Below are positions 13,687 to 32,080 of a stretch of DNA of 64,000 nt, in pieces. The notes beneath the pieces were generated by a model that saw nothing but the letters and a program-made list of their open reading frames with translations, had not been told where the DNA came from and ran no database searches. Origin of the DNA: Paraspadella gotoi (taxonomy: Eukaryota > Animalia > Chaetognatha). The DNA lies in assembly GCA_051294375.1 (NCBI GenBank), contig CM119270.1:2495484-2559483 (forward strand). Direction: 5' to 3'. The position numbers and the translations under genes were made by a program. The first letter of the stretch is position 1; each line of letters opens with the position of its first letter.

Positions 13687-15952
13687 GAGTAATCATTTCC
13701 ACAATCAACTAGTCTAGGAAAACGACGGCGACAACTACAACGTAATCAAGGGCGACGATGCTAGCGCGNNNNNNNNNNNNNNNNNNNNNNNNNNNNNNNN
13801 NNNNNNNNNNNNNNNNNNNNNNNNNNNNNNNNNNNNNNNNNNNNNNNNNNNNNNNNNNNNNNNNNNNNNNNNNNNNNNNNNNNNNNNNNNNNNNNNNNNN
13901 NNNNNNNNNNNNNNNNNNNNNNNNNNNNNNNNNNNNNNNNNNNNNNNNNNNNNNNNNNNNNNNNNNNNNNNNNNNNNNNNNNNNNNNNNNNNNNNNNNNN
14001 NNNNNNNNNNNNNNNNNNNNNNNNNNNNNNNNNNNNNNNNNNNNNNNNNNNNNNNNNNNNNNNNNNNNNNNNNNNNNNNNNNNNNNNNNNNNNNNNNNNN
14101 NNNNNNNNNNNNNNNNNNNNNNNNNNNNNNNNNNNNNNNNNNNNNNNNNNNNNNNNNNNNNNNNNNNNNNNNNNNNNNNNNNNNNNNNNNNNNNNNNNNN
14201 NNNNNNNNNNNNNNNNNNNNNNNNNNNNNNNNNNNNNNNNNNNNNNNNNNNNNNNNNNNNNNNNNNNNNNNNNNNNNNNNNNNNNNNNNNNNNNNNNNNN
14301 NNNNNNNNNNNNNNNNNNNNNNNNNNNNNNNNNNNNNNNNNNNNGAGAGAAGGGGTAAATGGAAAGTAAGCTTAATAGTGAAAGGAGAAATAAAAACCCG
14401 ATGTCTGCGAAAATGGCAACAAAGGGTGGAAAGAGGGAAGAGGAGGAGGAAGAGGAAGAGGAAGAAGAAAGAATGTCTTGGAAAATTGAGGAAGAGGAGG
14501 AGGAGGAGGAGGAGGGAGGAGTAGGCGAAGCGAAAGAGACTTTCTCGCCGCCATTCCTAGTGTTTGTGCCATGATGGAAGCTCCGTTTGAGATTTTGGCA
14601 TTAACTCCGGCTGCTGCAGCTGTGGTACTCTAGACGAGTACCTGAGGTGTAAATGAAACCTTGGCGGAGCCGGAGATTGTGGGGGGCGAGGGAGGAAAAG
14701 GGAGGAAAGTAAAGAGGATGGGGGAGGGGTAAGAAGAGAAGAGGAAAGATAGAGGGGGAATAGGAAAAAAGAAGGAAAAGAGAGAGAATATGAAAGGAAG
14801 TAGTGGGAGTAAAGGAGGAAAGAAAAGAAAAGGAGGAAAGGAGAGAGGAAACGAAAGGATTAAGGAGAAAAGAGATTCGAGAGAGGAAAGAGAAAAGAAA
14901 AGAAGAGGAGAGAAGAAATAATGAAGAAAAAAGAGAATAATTAAATAACTTTAAGATATTATGGCGGTGGCCATAGACATGACCCCACATGACCTGAAAC
15001 GTCCTCCATAATATAAAGAAATTAAGTGAACAACTTTGGGAAAACCAATTAAACAAGGAATAAAAGGAATAACGAAGTAAATAAAAAAGCAAATGAATAT
15101 TAGGAAAAAAGAAATTAAAGAAAAAAAATAGCTAAGTGAAAAGGTAAGTTATTTAGGCTCAGAAAAATGGAAAGACAGCTGCGCAAAAGTTGAGAGAAAA
15201 AGGGAGGAAGATAAAAGAAAAAGAAGAAACTAAAGACAATCCGCTCAGGATTTGTTTATAAACAAACTCGTTCCTCTCTCTCTNNNNNNNNNNNNNNNNN
15301 NNNNNNNNNNNNNNNNNNNNNNNNNNNNNNNNNNNNNNNNNNNNNNNNNNNNNNNNNNNNNNNNNNNNNNNNNNNNNNNNNNNNNNNNNNNNNNNNNNNN
15401 NNNNNNNNNNNNNNNNNNNNNNNNNNNNNNNNNNNNNNNNNNNNNNNNNNNNNNNNNNNNNNNNNNNNNNNNNNNNNNNNNNNNNNNNNNNNNNNNNNNN
15501 NNNNNNNNNNNNNNNNNNNNNNNNNNNNNNNNNNNNNNNNNNNNNNNNNNNNNNNNNNNNNNNNNNNNNNNNNNNNNNNNNNNNNNNNNNNNNNNNNNNN
15601 NNNNNNNNNNNNNNNNNNNNNNNNNNNNNNNNNNNNNNNNNNNNNNNNNNNNNNNNNNNNNNNNNNNNNNNNNNNNNNNNNNNNNNNNNNNNNNNNNNNN
15701 NNNNNNNNNNNNNNNNNNNNNNNNNNNNNNNNNNNNNNNNNNNNNNNNNNNNNNNNNNNNNNNNNNNNNNNNNNNNNNNNNNNNNNNNNNNNNNNNNNNN
15801 NNNNNNNNNNNNNNNNNNNNNNNNNNNNNNNNNNNNNNNNNNNNNNNNNNNNNNNNNNNNNNNNNNNNNNNNNNNNNNNNNNNNNNNNNNNNNNNNNNNN
15901 NNNNNNNNNNNNNNNNNNNNNNNNNNNNNNNNNNNNNNNNNNNNNNNNNNNN

Positions 15953-16810
15953 TTCCATTTTATTTCCTGCAACGACCCTCATCCACCGCGATTCCCTTTT
16001 GGCCAAAAAGGCAAATCCTTCCTTCCAATGAAGCGATCGGACATTCGAAGAGACTTAAACGCCGCCGCCGCCGCAGCCGACGCAGCCGCAGCCACAAATG
16101 ACGACGAGGATGAGAATGACAACATCAACAACGACAATGACGACGATGACGACGATGATGACGATGACCCGAGACAAGTTGCTTCCTTCCTCCACTTCAA
16201 CTCTTTTATTTCCATTGCAATCTCTGTCTCTCTCTCTCTCNNNNNNNNNNNNNNNNNNNNNNNNNNNNNNNNNNNNNNNNNNNNNNNNNNNNNNNNNNNN
16301 NNNNNNNNNNNNNNNNNNNNNNNNNNNNNNNNNNNNNNNNNNNNNNNNNNNNNNNNNNNNNNNNNNNNNNNNNNNNNNNNNNNNNNNNNNNNNNNNNNNN
16401 NNNNNNNNNNNNNNNNNNNNNNNNNNNNNNNNNNNNNNNNNNNNNNNNNNNNNNNNTCCCCGGCACCGAAGCCAACAGCATCCAGTCCGTAGTTCTGTCT
16501 AGGTAAGTTTACAGGTAATGGTTGATGGTCAGAATCTGAATAGATGAAGAAATAGCGTTCGTCGTCGTNNNNNNNNNNNNNNTCGTTTTCGTCGTCGTCA
16601 TCGTCGTCGTCTTCGTCCAAGAGCGAAAGGTCGTGATTTATATGTTGTTTATGACGTCGATGAAATTCTATCACGTGACTCAAACTCACTTCCGGTTTCG
16701 GCGTCAAAACGACGAACGGACGACGATCAACGACGAACATCTCGCGCGGCGATCGCCTTTCGTCGCCACGATGTTTTCGTCGTACGAGCAAACGAGAGTC
16801 CGAACGGCGG
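15953..16810 (+). repeat. Clean contig sequence also present as noisy copies at ~18040-18970 and ~24070-25000
   Basis: Shared anchors ctcatccacc, attcccttt, ccacttcaa, catccagtccg, aggtaagttt, ttctatcacgtgactc, caacgacgaacatctcgc, gagcaaacgagtc/gagcaaacgagagtc. Confidence 0.85.
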
Positions 16811-16835
16811 NNNNNNNNNNNNNNNNNNNNNNNNN

Positions 16836-19800
16836 GAGAGTAAGATTATTGGCGCAAGCAGAAGAGAGGAGACAAGAGAGGAGAGGTCTGGGAGAGATAT
16901 AAAATACGGAGGAAAACCTTCTGGTCTTTTTTCGATTTTCTAAGGATGTCGTAACGTAACGAGACGTATAGAGAGAGAACGAGGAGAGAGATTCGCGATC
17001 GTAGGTGAGGGTCTGAAGAGAGGATGGATCAGGAGCAAAAGAGTTTTGAGAGCGAGGAGAGTAGAGAGTGAGAACGGACAGATCAGACGAAGAGAGAACA
17101 ACGATAGATTAAGCATGAGAGAGAAGATGAAGAAGAGGAACTGAAGTATGATCGAGACAATGAAGAACGAGTAGTGAACAAAATAATAGTTGCTACTGTA
17201 AACGCCGTACGAGAGAAGAATGAGTCGCTATGGTTATAGATTTGCAGAGACTCGCTGTGATTGGGAGACTGAAAATGTAATAAAGGTCTCAGTGGAATAG
17301 AGACGTCGAATAGAGAGGCTGCAATAGAGACGGCTGGAATAGAAGGCTGCAAATAAGAAAGTGAATAAGAAAAGCGTAGTGGAATATAGAGAGATTGGAG
17401 ATAGATAGGGTGATATATCAAGTTAGTAACTAAGGCAGGTGAGAATAAGAGTTGGAATATAGAGGTCGAATAGCAGAGGTCAGATAAAAGAGGTGAATTA
17501 AGAGCGAGGCTTTATGGAACCATACCTGAGGTGGAAATAGGACAACCGGTCAGTGGAACTAAAATAAATGAAATAGAATAAGGGCAACTAGAGAGAAGGA
17601 TCGAAATAGAGAGGTCGATGACTATAGAGAGTTGGAATAGAGAGGAAAAATAGACATGGAATTAGAAGAGTGGGAGTGGGCGAGTCAGGTGTATAGGAGA
17701 AACTGGATAATTTTAAGTGAGGAGAGTAGAGGCTATAGAAGGGGAAAGAGACAACAGGCGCGAATTAGGATTACAAGATTGATTAAGAAGGATTATATAA
17801 CATGAGCGGTAGGAGTAATAATATTCTAAAATTGTTTGTCGATAGTTTAAATTTAAATTATAACACAGAATACAAAAGATTTCATGCCGTCAATCACCCA
17901 GCGGCAATATTTCTCTTCTCTTTCACTCACATCTGTCATAGTAACCGTATCTCTTGTCTCTTTTCTCTCTTCTCTCTCTCTCTCCTCTCTCTTCTCTCTC
18001 TCTCTCTCTCTGATGTCTCTTTATTACTTCCATTGATTTAAATTCCTGCTAAGCGACCTCATCCACCAGCAGATTCCCTTTGCAAAAGGACCACAAATCA
18101 CTTCCTTCCAATTAAAAAATGCGAGCCGGACCATCCGAAAGACTAAACACATCTACAGCAGCCCGTCCGCCGCCGCAGGCCGACGCGAGACCCGCCAGCA
18201 ATCAACAATACCGACGAAACTAGCATGCCAATGACAACAATCAACCAACGACAATTAGAACCGAACCGATGTACGGAACGATGATGCTAATGACGCCGAC
18301 ACAAGTCCTTCTTCCCTCCACTTCAATTACCTCTTTTATTTCCATAGTATCTCTATGATCTCTCTCTCCTCGTCCTTTCAATCTCTCCTATCTGCTCTCT
18401 CTCTCCTCTCCTCTCTACTCTTTCTCTCGCCTCGTCTCTCTCTCCTCTCTCTCTCTCGCATCTCTCCTCTCTCTCTCTCCTTCTCCTCCTAAGACCTTTA
18501 ATACCCCCACGACATCCCACTGTTTTTTATGAGCATTCCGTATCAGGACCAGTTTGATGCACGTCCGAGACCCCGGAAGTCCCCGCGCACCTGAACCATA
18601 CAGACATCCAGTCCGATTCTGTCTTAGGTAAGTTTTACATGTCAATGGATTGATATGCACGAATCTGCAATAGAATGCAAACAAATAGCGTTCGTCTGTT
18701 CATCATCGTCAGTCAGCACGTCATCTTCGTTGCGTTTTTCAGTGTCGGTCATCGATCGTTCGTTCTTCGTGCCCAAGAGCGAATAAAGGTTTCCGTGAGT
18801 TATATGTATTGACGCGATGAATTCTATCACGTGACTCCAAATCACTCCCGGTTAGCAGCGTCAAAACGACCAAACGGACGACTGATCAACGACGAACATC
18901 TCGCCGCTGCGCGATCGCTTTTCAGTCGCACGATTTTTCGGCGCTAACTGAGCAAACGAGTCTCGAAGCACTTGGGAAACGCTAGCGGGCTCGTGTAGCG
19001 AACTGCGGGGGAGACAGAGTTGCACAGAGATGAGCAGAAGAAGCGAAGTCATAAATTGACCATTACGTGCAAACCACAATGGAGATGAGATGAAGCGTAA
19101 ACCCAAACACATGAGAAGAGAGAAGAGAAGAATGAAAAGAAGACTGAAGCAGAAGAGAGACGAGAAGAGATTAAGAATGAGAGAACCGAGGAGAGGAGAG
19201 AGGGAGAGAGAGACAAAGACAGATAAAGATATAAAGAAATATCTCCCAAATAACATTTACAATAACATCTTTCCTCACGTCAACCTTGTGATGATTTGTC
19301 GACGGTGAATGATATTCAAGAATCATCATTCACATCATCTGTCCTTCACGAGATCTCACTCGATGGATCACCTTCTCTTTTTTCTCCATCATTCACGCAA
19401 CTTTATCACAGATTCTCGTCTATTGTTTACAGTAAAACTCACTTATTCACGATTTAAGATTCATCGCTCGATGTGACAGCATTCCTACGTCTCTTAAAGT
19501 ACATCTCTGTCTTTCCATGTCTTTCCGTGGCTCTATAAAGTCTCTCCATGTCTCTCCATGTCTCATGTCCCATCTCTATCTCTCTCTCTATCTCTTCTAT
19601 TCTGTTTAGTCTGTCTCACTCTCAGTGAATCTAAAAAAACTCATTTCAAACAAAGGATAAAGTCTTTTCAGATTTCCTCCGTAGATCAGGGATCAAAAAA
19701 TAGGGATTTAGGATGAAAAATTGGGAGATAGGGGATTAGAAAATAGGGTTTAGGGAATTGCGGATCAAAGAGTAGGGGATAAAGGATTAGAAAATGAAGA

Positions 19801-22460
19801 TTAGGGATTTGGGGATCAAAGATTGGGAGATCGGGGACTAGAAAATGGGGATTAGGGATTTGGGGATCAAAGATGGGGGATCAGGCGATCTGGGATCAAA
19901 CTCCATTAAAGTGTTTTTGGCACAAAAAGGCGACAAAGGGGCCGAGATAGAAATATCATCCGTCGACTCTCTCTCTCTCTCTCTCTCTCTCTCNNNNNNN
20001 NNNNNNNNNNNNNNNNNNCTTCTCTTCTCTCTCCTCTCCAATCGTCGCAGTGTTTATGTCGAAGGGCAGAACAAATAGTTGATCTCGTGTCCATTTTGTT
20101 TGGGGACCATTTATGTTTATTAATAATCGCTGGCGCTTTCATTCTCGGAATAGAGATTCGACTTGAACAGAGAGAAGTAGCAATGAGAGAGAGACGACTG
20201 AGCAGAAGAGTACGAGAGAGGAAGACGAGAGAGAATGGAGACGAGAGAGAGCGAGAGATGAGAGACGCGCCGAAGAATAGAGAGAGAGAATGAAGAGATG
20301 AGTACGTCGATGATCGGCTGACTGTTTCAGCGACACTATGAATTTTTAGCCAAGTTTTCGTCTATGGTTGAGAGCTATTTTTTCCAATGGGCAAAAACTA
20401 TTGTCGAGAGTAAATGGGAGGAAACACCAAAGACGAACGACGATGATGACCACGACGACATGACGAGACCGGATTCGACGACGACGAGCGACACGACACC
20501 CCCCACCCTTCCCCCTTTTCTCCCATCAGCGCCGTCCAAGAAGTGCGGCAAATATCGCTCACGCTAAAAAAATCACTTTCATCTATCCTCTCATCTCTCT
20601 CTTCTCCCTCTACTCTCTCTTCTCTCTCCTCTCTCTCTCTCCTCCTCTCTAGCTCTCTCCCGGATATAAAAAACAAAACGTTGATTTACCGGAATGCGAA
20701 TTTTTTACGTATCGCTTCATCTTTTCCTTCGTGTAATCGATTTTTATGAGGCGCCACGATTTTGAAGGGGGGAAGAGTAGAACGAGAAAGAGAGAGTGAG
20801 AGATACAGTTCAGTGGACACAAGATCGAGACGAACGAGAGAATGATCACGGAAAGAAGAGAAGATGAGAAGAATAGAGAGACCGACCGTTCGGCAGCGTC
20901 GCCATGAACCCCATTACGTTGCCGGCGTCATAATTTCGGCCGTCGAAATCTTGCGACCTCGGAAATGGCACAACAACACGAAGCTAAACTTTCATTATGT
21001 TGTCGGAACATATTTTGTCAGATAAAAATGGGGAAGAGAGAAGAGGGAAAACGACGGTATAAAGGGAGAGAGAGGTTTGGCATGTAAGGTGAGCCTCTAT
21101 CTTGAGGATATATAAGAAGAGAAGAGAATAAAGACTAAAGAAGAGAGAGAAACTAGAGTATATATATATAGGAAATGTATAAGGAAGAAGTAGAAGAAGA
21201 GAACGTACAGGACACATAACTCGAGAAGAAATGAAGACAAGAGAAAGAGAGAAGAAGAGAGAGAAAGAAGAAGAGAAGAGCAAACGACGCAAAGAGAAAG
21301 AAAACAGCTAGATGCAGGAAGAAAGGAAAGGTCTGCCATAGAAGATGTAGACAGATCGACGTCATCATTTCTCGTACGATCTAAGGCGGCGGCAGCAGCG
21401 GTGCTACAGCCGCCGGTAGCAGGATGCCGGGCATACGGCCGCGAGCACATCGAATATGGTGACCAATCTAGCGGCGAGCCTAGACAATTTTTTATTACGT
21501 TTTCACTCTAAGGGGAAGGTGAAACAGAGAATGGATGCACCAAAACACATTCCAGATTTCCTGACCTCTCCATCCCCCTCCTCCTCCTACTCAATTCCTC
21601 GCTCCCCTTTCTCCATTCGACACCTCACCCTCCGCACTTCTGCCTCATTTGCCCTCACCGCCCTAGTCCAATTCCTTTAATCAAATGACCAGAACTGGAG
21701 TCCGTTCTGTGATCTCAATTCCATCACAATTCCCTTCTCTCTCTCTCGATGCGACTTTAGCACAAACTTTCCTCCTTTATTCCGCTCATCTTATTCTGAT
21801 ATAGCTGGTCGATTTCCGATTTTTTAAACTGAAGACTTTACGATCTAAAAAATGAAAGGGATTTCGACGAATAGAAGAGGAAGGAGGGAGTAGAGAGAGA
21901 GATGATAGGAGACGAACGAGAGAGAGAGATAGATGAGAGACGAGAGAGAATAGAAAGAGAACTGCATTTTTGATGCAAAAGAATCTTTGAAATTGTTATT
22001 TGATACCGTATACAACCCGATGTAGAAAAAAGGACAGATTTCACCCAGATCCGTAAAAGAGAAGTAACAGCTCCTCGATTAATTATCAGTAGCTTTTCAC
22101 AGCTTCGTCCTCATCTACACTTCGTACGATTCATTTCTCAGTCGTCGCTCTAAATCGTCTCATGTTCTCACCATTTACCTATCGAAAGAAAGAGGAAGCG
22201 AAATCATTTGGAACAAACGATATTTTTTCTTTCACGGTGAAAAAATATAATCTTTCGAAAACTCATCAGTTCGTGTTAATGAAGGAGTAGAAGGATATAA
22301 TAATCTTTTCCAATAAACCCTCGTATCGCTCTTTCTCTCATTAACGTAAGTATCTTTTATGTCCCTGGATCGTCATCGTCTCATCCATGTCACACGATCA
22401 TATCATTACGTCGTGTCGTCGTCGTACGTCGTCTCTTCTCCTTCACTTCATTAATCTTTA
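16836..22460 (+). repeat. Copy 1 of a ~6 kb tandem duplication
   Basis: Starts gagagtaagattattggcgcaagca immediately after a 25-N gap. Identical ORF translations recur at offset +6028 (17083 to 23111) and +6035 (20364 to 26399). Confidence 0.95.
19690..19900. repeat. ~51-bp G-rich minisatellite (TTAGGGATTTGGGGATCAAAGA...)
   Basis: ttagggatttggggatcaaaga at 19801 and 19852, with degenerate copies upstream and a noisy counterpart at ~25730-25940. Confidence 0.8.
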
Positions 22461-22863
22461 ATTTAGCAGTTTCGGTTATTTATGTCTTTCATACGACGAA
22501 AAAAGAAGAAATGCAACGAGAGAGAAGCAGAAGATAGAGAGAGAGAGAGAGAGAGAGGAAAGGGAAAGATCGAAGACAGGATGACCGATGAACGAAGAAC
22601 AAGAGAAAGAGAGAGAGGAAGAAAAATCTGAGAGAGAGAGAGACCGACCGTTCGGCGGGCGCCAGAGACGCCCATCGTTGCCGGCGTCAAATTGCGGCGT
22701 CGAAATTGCGGCGTCGAAATGGACACAACACGAAGCTAAACTTTCATTTTATGTGTCGGACTTTTTGGTCAGAGAAAAATGGGGAGAGGGAGAGAGGGGA
22801 AAGGAGGTATAAAGGGAGAGAGAGGTTCTGGCGGTAAGNNNNNNNNNNNNNNNNNNNNNNNNN

Positions 22864-28500
<5,637 letters not shown>

Positions 28501-29578
28501 TATATATATATATTAGGAAAATGTTTTTGAGAGAAGTTTTTTTGATTATGAGATGAAGTTGATATATATATTGATTCGAATTAAGTATTTGTGGTTTATA
28601 TATATAATAGATTTAGATATTTGAGGAAGTATGATATTTCGCTTTAGATTATATTGGTTGAGAGAGGGAGAGAGAAAAACTCTCTCTCTGTATTTTTTTC
28701 TCTTTTCCTTTTTTTTATTACTTTCTTTCTTTCTTTTGCTTTCTTTTTTTCTCCCTTTTAATTTCTTTTTAATTTCACCGTAATAATCTACGGGGAGCTT
28801 TTTGACGCGCGCCCTTCTCTATCTTAAAAGTATTTTTATTTTTTAAAGAGCAAAGGGGAAAAGAAAAAATCACTATGCTACTTTCATAAGAGAGTATTTA
28901 TTTTTTGGTGTGTGGCGGGAGGGCGGGCGGGGGCTCTGTGACACGTCGTTTGTTTAATGTGTATTTCTTTTCCTTTTGAACTTTGCTTTACTTTTCTACT
29001 GGTTTTAGCAGTGGCCAGCTTTCATAATTTGAATGCTTCTTTTTATTATTATAATTTTTAAGAATCTGAAAACCAAATATTAAATATTACTGAAGTTTAC
29101 TTGAATTCCTGCAGTTTCTTATGGCTAAAATTCCAGTGCATTATTGGTTATGTAAAAAAATAATATACAAAAACAAACCTATGAACAATCATGAATTTTA
29201 TTTTTAGAGATTTGATTAATATCATCTATTTTTTGAACGGAGGGAAAATATGATATTGTGAAATTCTGTTTATATTTCAAAGAAATATTAATGATCGATA
29301 AATACCGCACTGCAATATGCAAATAAGATATTTTTTAAAAAGATATTATCAATTTTCATTATTTTTTCTTTCCTCCCTCTTTCTTCTTTTCCTTCTTTCT
29401 TTTCCATTTTCTTTTCTTCCTCCTTCTTTCCCTCCTTTTTCTCTGTCTCTTTTCTTTCCCTCGTCTTTCCTCTCAAGACCCTCGCGAGTCCCAAAGGTCT
29501 ATTTCCATTTAATTTTCTTCCTCTTATGTTTTTGGTTCCAATTTCATTTTCAACGGAAAACCTTTGATCGTCTCCGTC

Positions 29579-29623
<45 letters not shown>

Positions 29624-30394
29624 CTCGTCTCTCTCTCTCTCTGTTTCATCCAGGAAAAAAATATTTCAGCAAAAAGAAAAGAAAAAAAGAAAAAATCGAA
29701 AATGCCTCGACGTCTTCTTCAGCAACAACGTTGTCGAAACTCCGCGCCGCCGCAGCATCTGTAACTCCTCGCTGCCGCACGGTAGACTGCAGCAGCACCT
29801 TCAATGTCCGCCGACACCAATCGGCCATATTTTTTTTCAAAAACCCCCCATTTCAGTTTAAATTAAGAATGAATTTGTTTTTAAGTTGGGGGGCCAGAAA
29901 TAGGTATTAAGTTAAAGATGAGGCTTAGGCATTAGATTTGTTTAGGGGTTAGCTTAAAGATTAGCGTTAGGTAAATATTAAATTCATATATGTATAAGAA
30001 AATAAAAATTGCGCTCTTCCAAAAAAACACTACCCTCCTTCTCTCCAAAAGAAGGTAAAGTTCCTACCAGAATCGAAGGCCGATAGACTACGCGGGTCTA
30101 TAGCTCCTCTTCTCTCTCTTTTCCTCCTCCCTCCTCATCCTCCTCACGGAGATTCGGGGTCGCGTTCAAGTCTAGGGGCAGTCCATCTTCTCTCTCTCTC
30201 TCCGCCTCTTTCTCTCTCCCTTTTTTCGGACATATTATTATTTTTCGGATAGAGTTTAGACCTCAGTTGTGAAATACATTTATTCTCCTCCCATTCCTTT
30301 CGTTTTCTACTAGACGTGAGACACAGTTAGGCCCAGAGCCCTCCAGTTAGAGTGGCGCCCATGTGACGTCGCTCCTCCAGTTAGAGCCTACTTT

Positions 30395-30640
30395 TTAGCT
30401 TACCCTTCCTCTTTCCCCTTCTTCCTCTTAACTTAACCTTCCTCGTTCCTTTTCCTCTTAACTTACCCTTCCTCTTTCCCTTTCCTCCTCTTAACTTACC
30501 CTTCCTCTTTCCCCTACCCCCTCTTAACTTACCCTTCCTCTTTCCCCTTCTTCCTCTTAACTTACCCTTCCTCTTTCTCCTTCCTCTTACCTTACCCTTC
30601 CTCTTTCCCCTTCCTCTTAACTTACCCTCCTCTTTCCCTT
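30395..30640 (-). repeat. Tandem repeat of 30/33-bp units (GGGAAAGAGGAAGGGTAAGTTAAGAGGAAG-like), 8 copies, seven with a splice-donor motif
   Basis: Plus-strand cttacc at 30399, 30462, 30495, 30528, 30561, 30591, 30621 and variant cttaac at 30432. Spacings are 33,30,33,33,33,30,30. Confidence 0.9.
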
Positions 30641-30824
30641 CCTCCTCGCCGATCTCCGTTTTCCCCTTCCACCCTCCTTCCTCGTCGTCCCCGTCGTCCA
30701 AGCTGCGCGAGGGGCTTCCACCCGCTTCCGCCGCTCCGCTTCCGCTTCCGGCGACCTTCCGCTTCCGCTCCTCGGCGGCGAGTCGCTCCCGCAGCTTCAT
30801 GAGCTCGCGGATGTCGGCTTCGTC
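30626..30824 (-). CDS. Coding segment downstream of the gap: DEADIRELMKLRERLAAEERKRKVAGSGSGAAEAGGSPSRSLDDGDDEEGGWKGKTEIGEEEGKEE(G)
   Basis: GC-rich open frame with natural-looking codons emerging from the gap on the same strand. First strong donor G|GTAAGT has the intron starting at 30625. Alternatively it reads through the repeat array to TAA at 30383-30381. Confidence 0.65.
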
Positions 30825-31638
30825 NNNNNNNNNNNNNNNNNNNNNNNNNNNNNNNNNNNNNNNNNNNNNNNNNNNNNNNNNNNNNNNNNNNNNNNNNNNN
30901 NNNNNNNNNNNNNNNNNNNNNNNNNNNNNNNNNNNNNNNNNNNNNNNNNNNNNNNNNNNNNNNNNNNNNNNNNNNNNNNNNNNNNNNNNNNNNNNNNNNN
31001 NNNNNNNNNNNNNNNNNNNNNNNNNNNNNNNNNNNNNNNNNNNNNNNNNNNNNNNNNNNNNNNNNNNNNNNNNNNNNNNNNNNNNNNNNNNNNNNNNNNN
31101 NNNNNNNNNNNNNNNNNNNNNNNNNNNNNNNNNNNNNNNNNNNNNNNNNNNNNNNNNNNNNNNNNNNNNNNNNNNNNNNNNNNNNNNNNNNNNNNNNNNN
31201 NNNNNNNNNNNNNNNNNNNNNNNNNNNNNNNNNNNNNNNNNNNNNNNNNNNNNNNNNNNNNNNNNNNNNNNNNNNNNNNNNNNNNNNNNNNNNNNNNNNN
31301 NNNNNNNNNNNNNNNNNNNNNNNNNNNNNNNNNNNNNNNNNNNNNNNNNNNNNNNNNNNNNNNNNNNNNNNNNNNNNNNNNNNNNNNNNNNNNNNNNNNN
31401 NNNNNNNNNNNNNNNNNNNNNNNNNNNNNNNNNNNNNNNNNNNNNNNNNNNNNNNNNNNNNNNNNNNNNNNNNNNNNNNNNNNNNNNNNNNNNNNNNNNN
31501 NNNNNNNNNNNNNNNNNNNNNNNNNNNNNNNNNNNNNNNNNNNNNNNNNNNNNNNNNNNNNNNNNNNNNNNNNNNNNNNNNNNNNNNNNNNNNNNNNNNN
31601 NNNNNNNNNNNNNNNNNNNNNNNNNNNNNNNNNNNNNN
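30825..31638. other. Assembly gap (814 N) inside the coding region of the minus-strand gene
   Basis: N run flanked on both sides by GC-rich coding-like sequence on the same strand. Confidence 0.95.
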
Positions 31639-31728
31639 GTCGCCGTCGCCTCCGTCCGGGTTCGAAGGTGGGGGAAGGTGGCGGCGGAGTGGGGTAGGGG
31701 GCGTGGAGGGATGAGTCGGGGTCCTCGC
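31639..31728 (-). CDS. 5' part of exon 2 of the same gene: (G)EDPDSSLHAPYPTPPPPSPTFEPGRRRRR, truncated by a gap
   Basis: C-rich pyrimidine tract and CACAG| acceptor (AG at 31730-31729). Phase 1 joins in frame to exon 1. Ends in a basic RRRRR run (homeodomain N-arm/NLS-like) at the edge of gap 30825-31638. Confidence 0.7.
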
Positions 31729-31990
31729 CTGTGTGGGGAGTGGGAGGGGTGGGGGGGGTGGAGGAGGGTGTTGGAAGAGGGCGTGAAAGACGTGTATTCA
31801 TTTTTTAGCTCGAGAGTTTCGAATAAATGAGAAAAAGTTGTAGAGGAATTAAAGCCGGAGAATAAATATGTTTTTATTGTTTTGTTTTGTTTTGTTTTGT
31901 TTTTTTTTTTGTTATTTTCATCTACATTTTTTTTAAATTACTTTCGAATTGTTATTTTCATTTTTTATCATTTTTTTTCAATTTTTTTTT

Positions 31991-32020
31991 ATTATTATTA
32001 TTATTATTTTATTATTATTA

Positions 32021-32061
<41 letters not shown>

Positions 32062-32080
32062 TATTATTATATTATTATTA
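31991..32080. repeat. (ATT)n microsatellite in intron 1 of the minus-strand gene
   Basis: Read directly. Confidence 0.9.

Noticed and set aside
19740-19860. Interstitial telomeric TTAGG/TTAGGG repeats (also ~29925-29972)
   Set aside because: Isolated motifs within a minisatellite or degenerate patch, not a tandem telomeric array.
29697-29830. GC-rich patch open on both strands downstream of the transcription-factor gene
   Set aside because: No splice signals or recognisable peptide; more plausibly non-coding regulatory DNA, which cannot be supported further from sequence.
30098-30187. Minus-strand DGLPLDLNATPNLREEDEE as a last exon with a CtBP-like PLDL motif
   Set aside because: I found no acceptor giving this frame after the phase-1 donor; the nearest AG (~30310) gives a different short frame.
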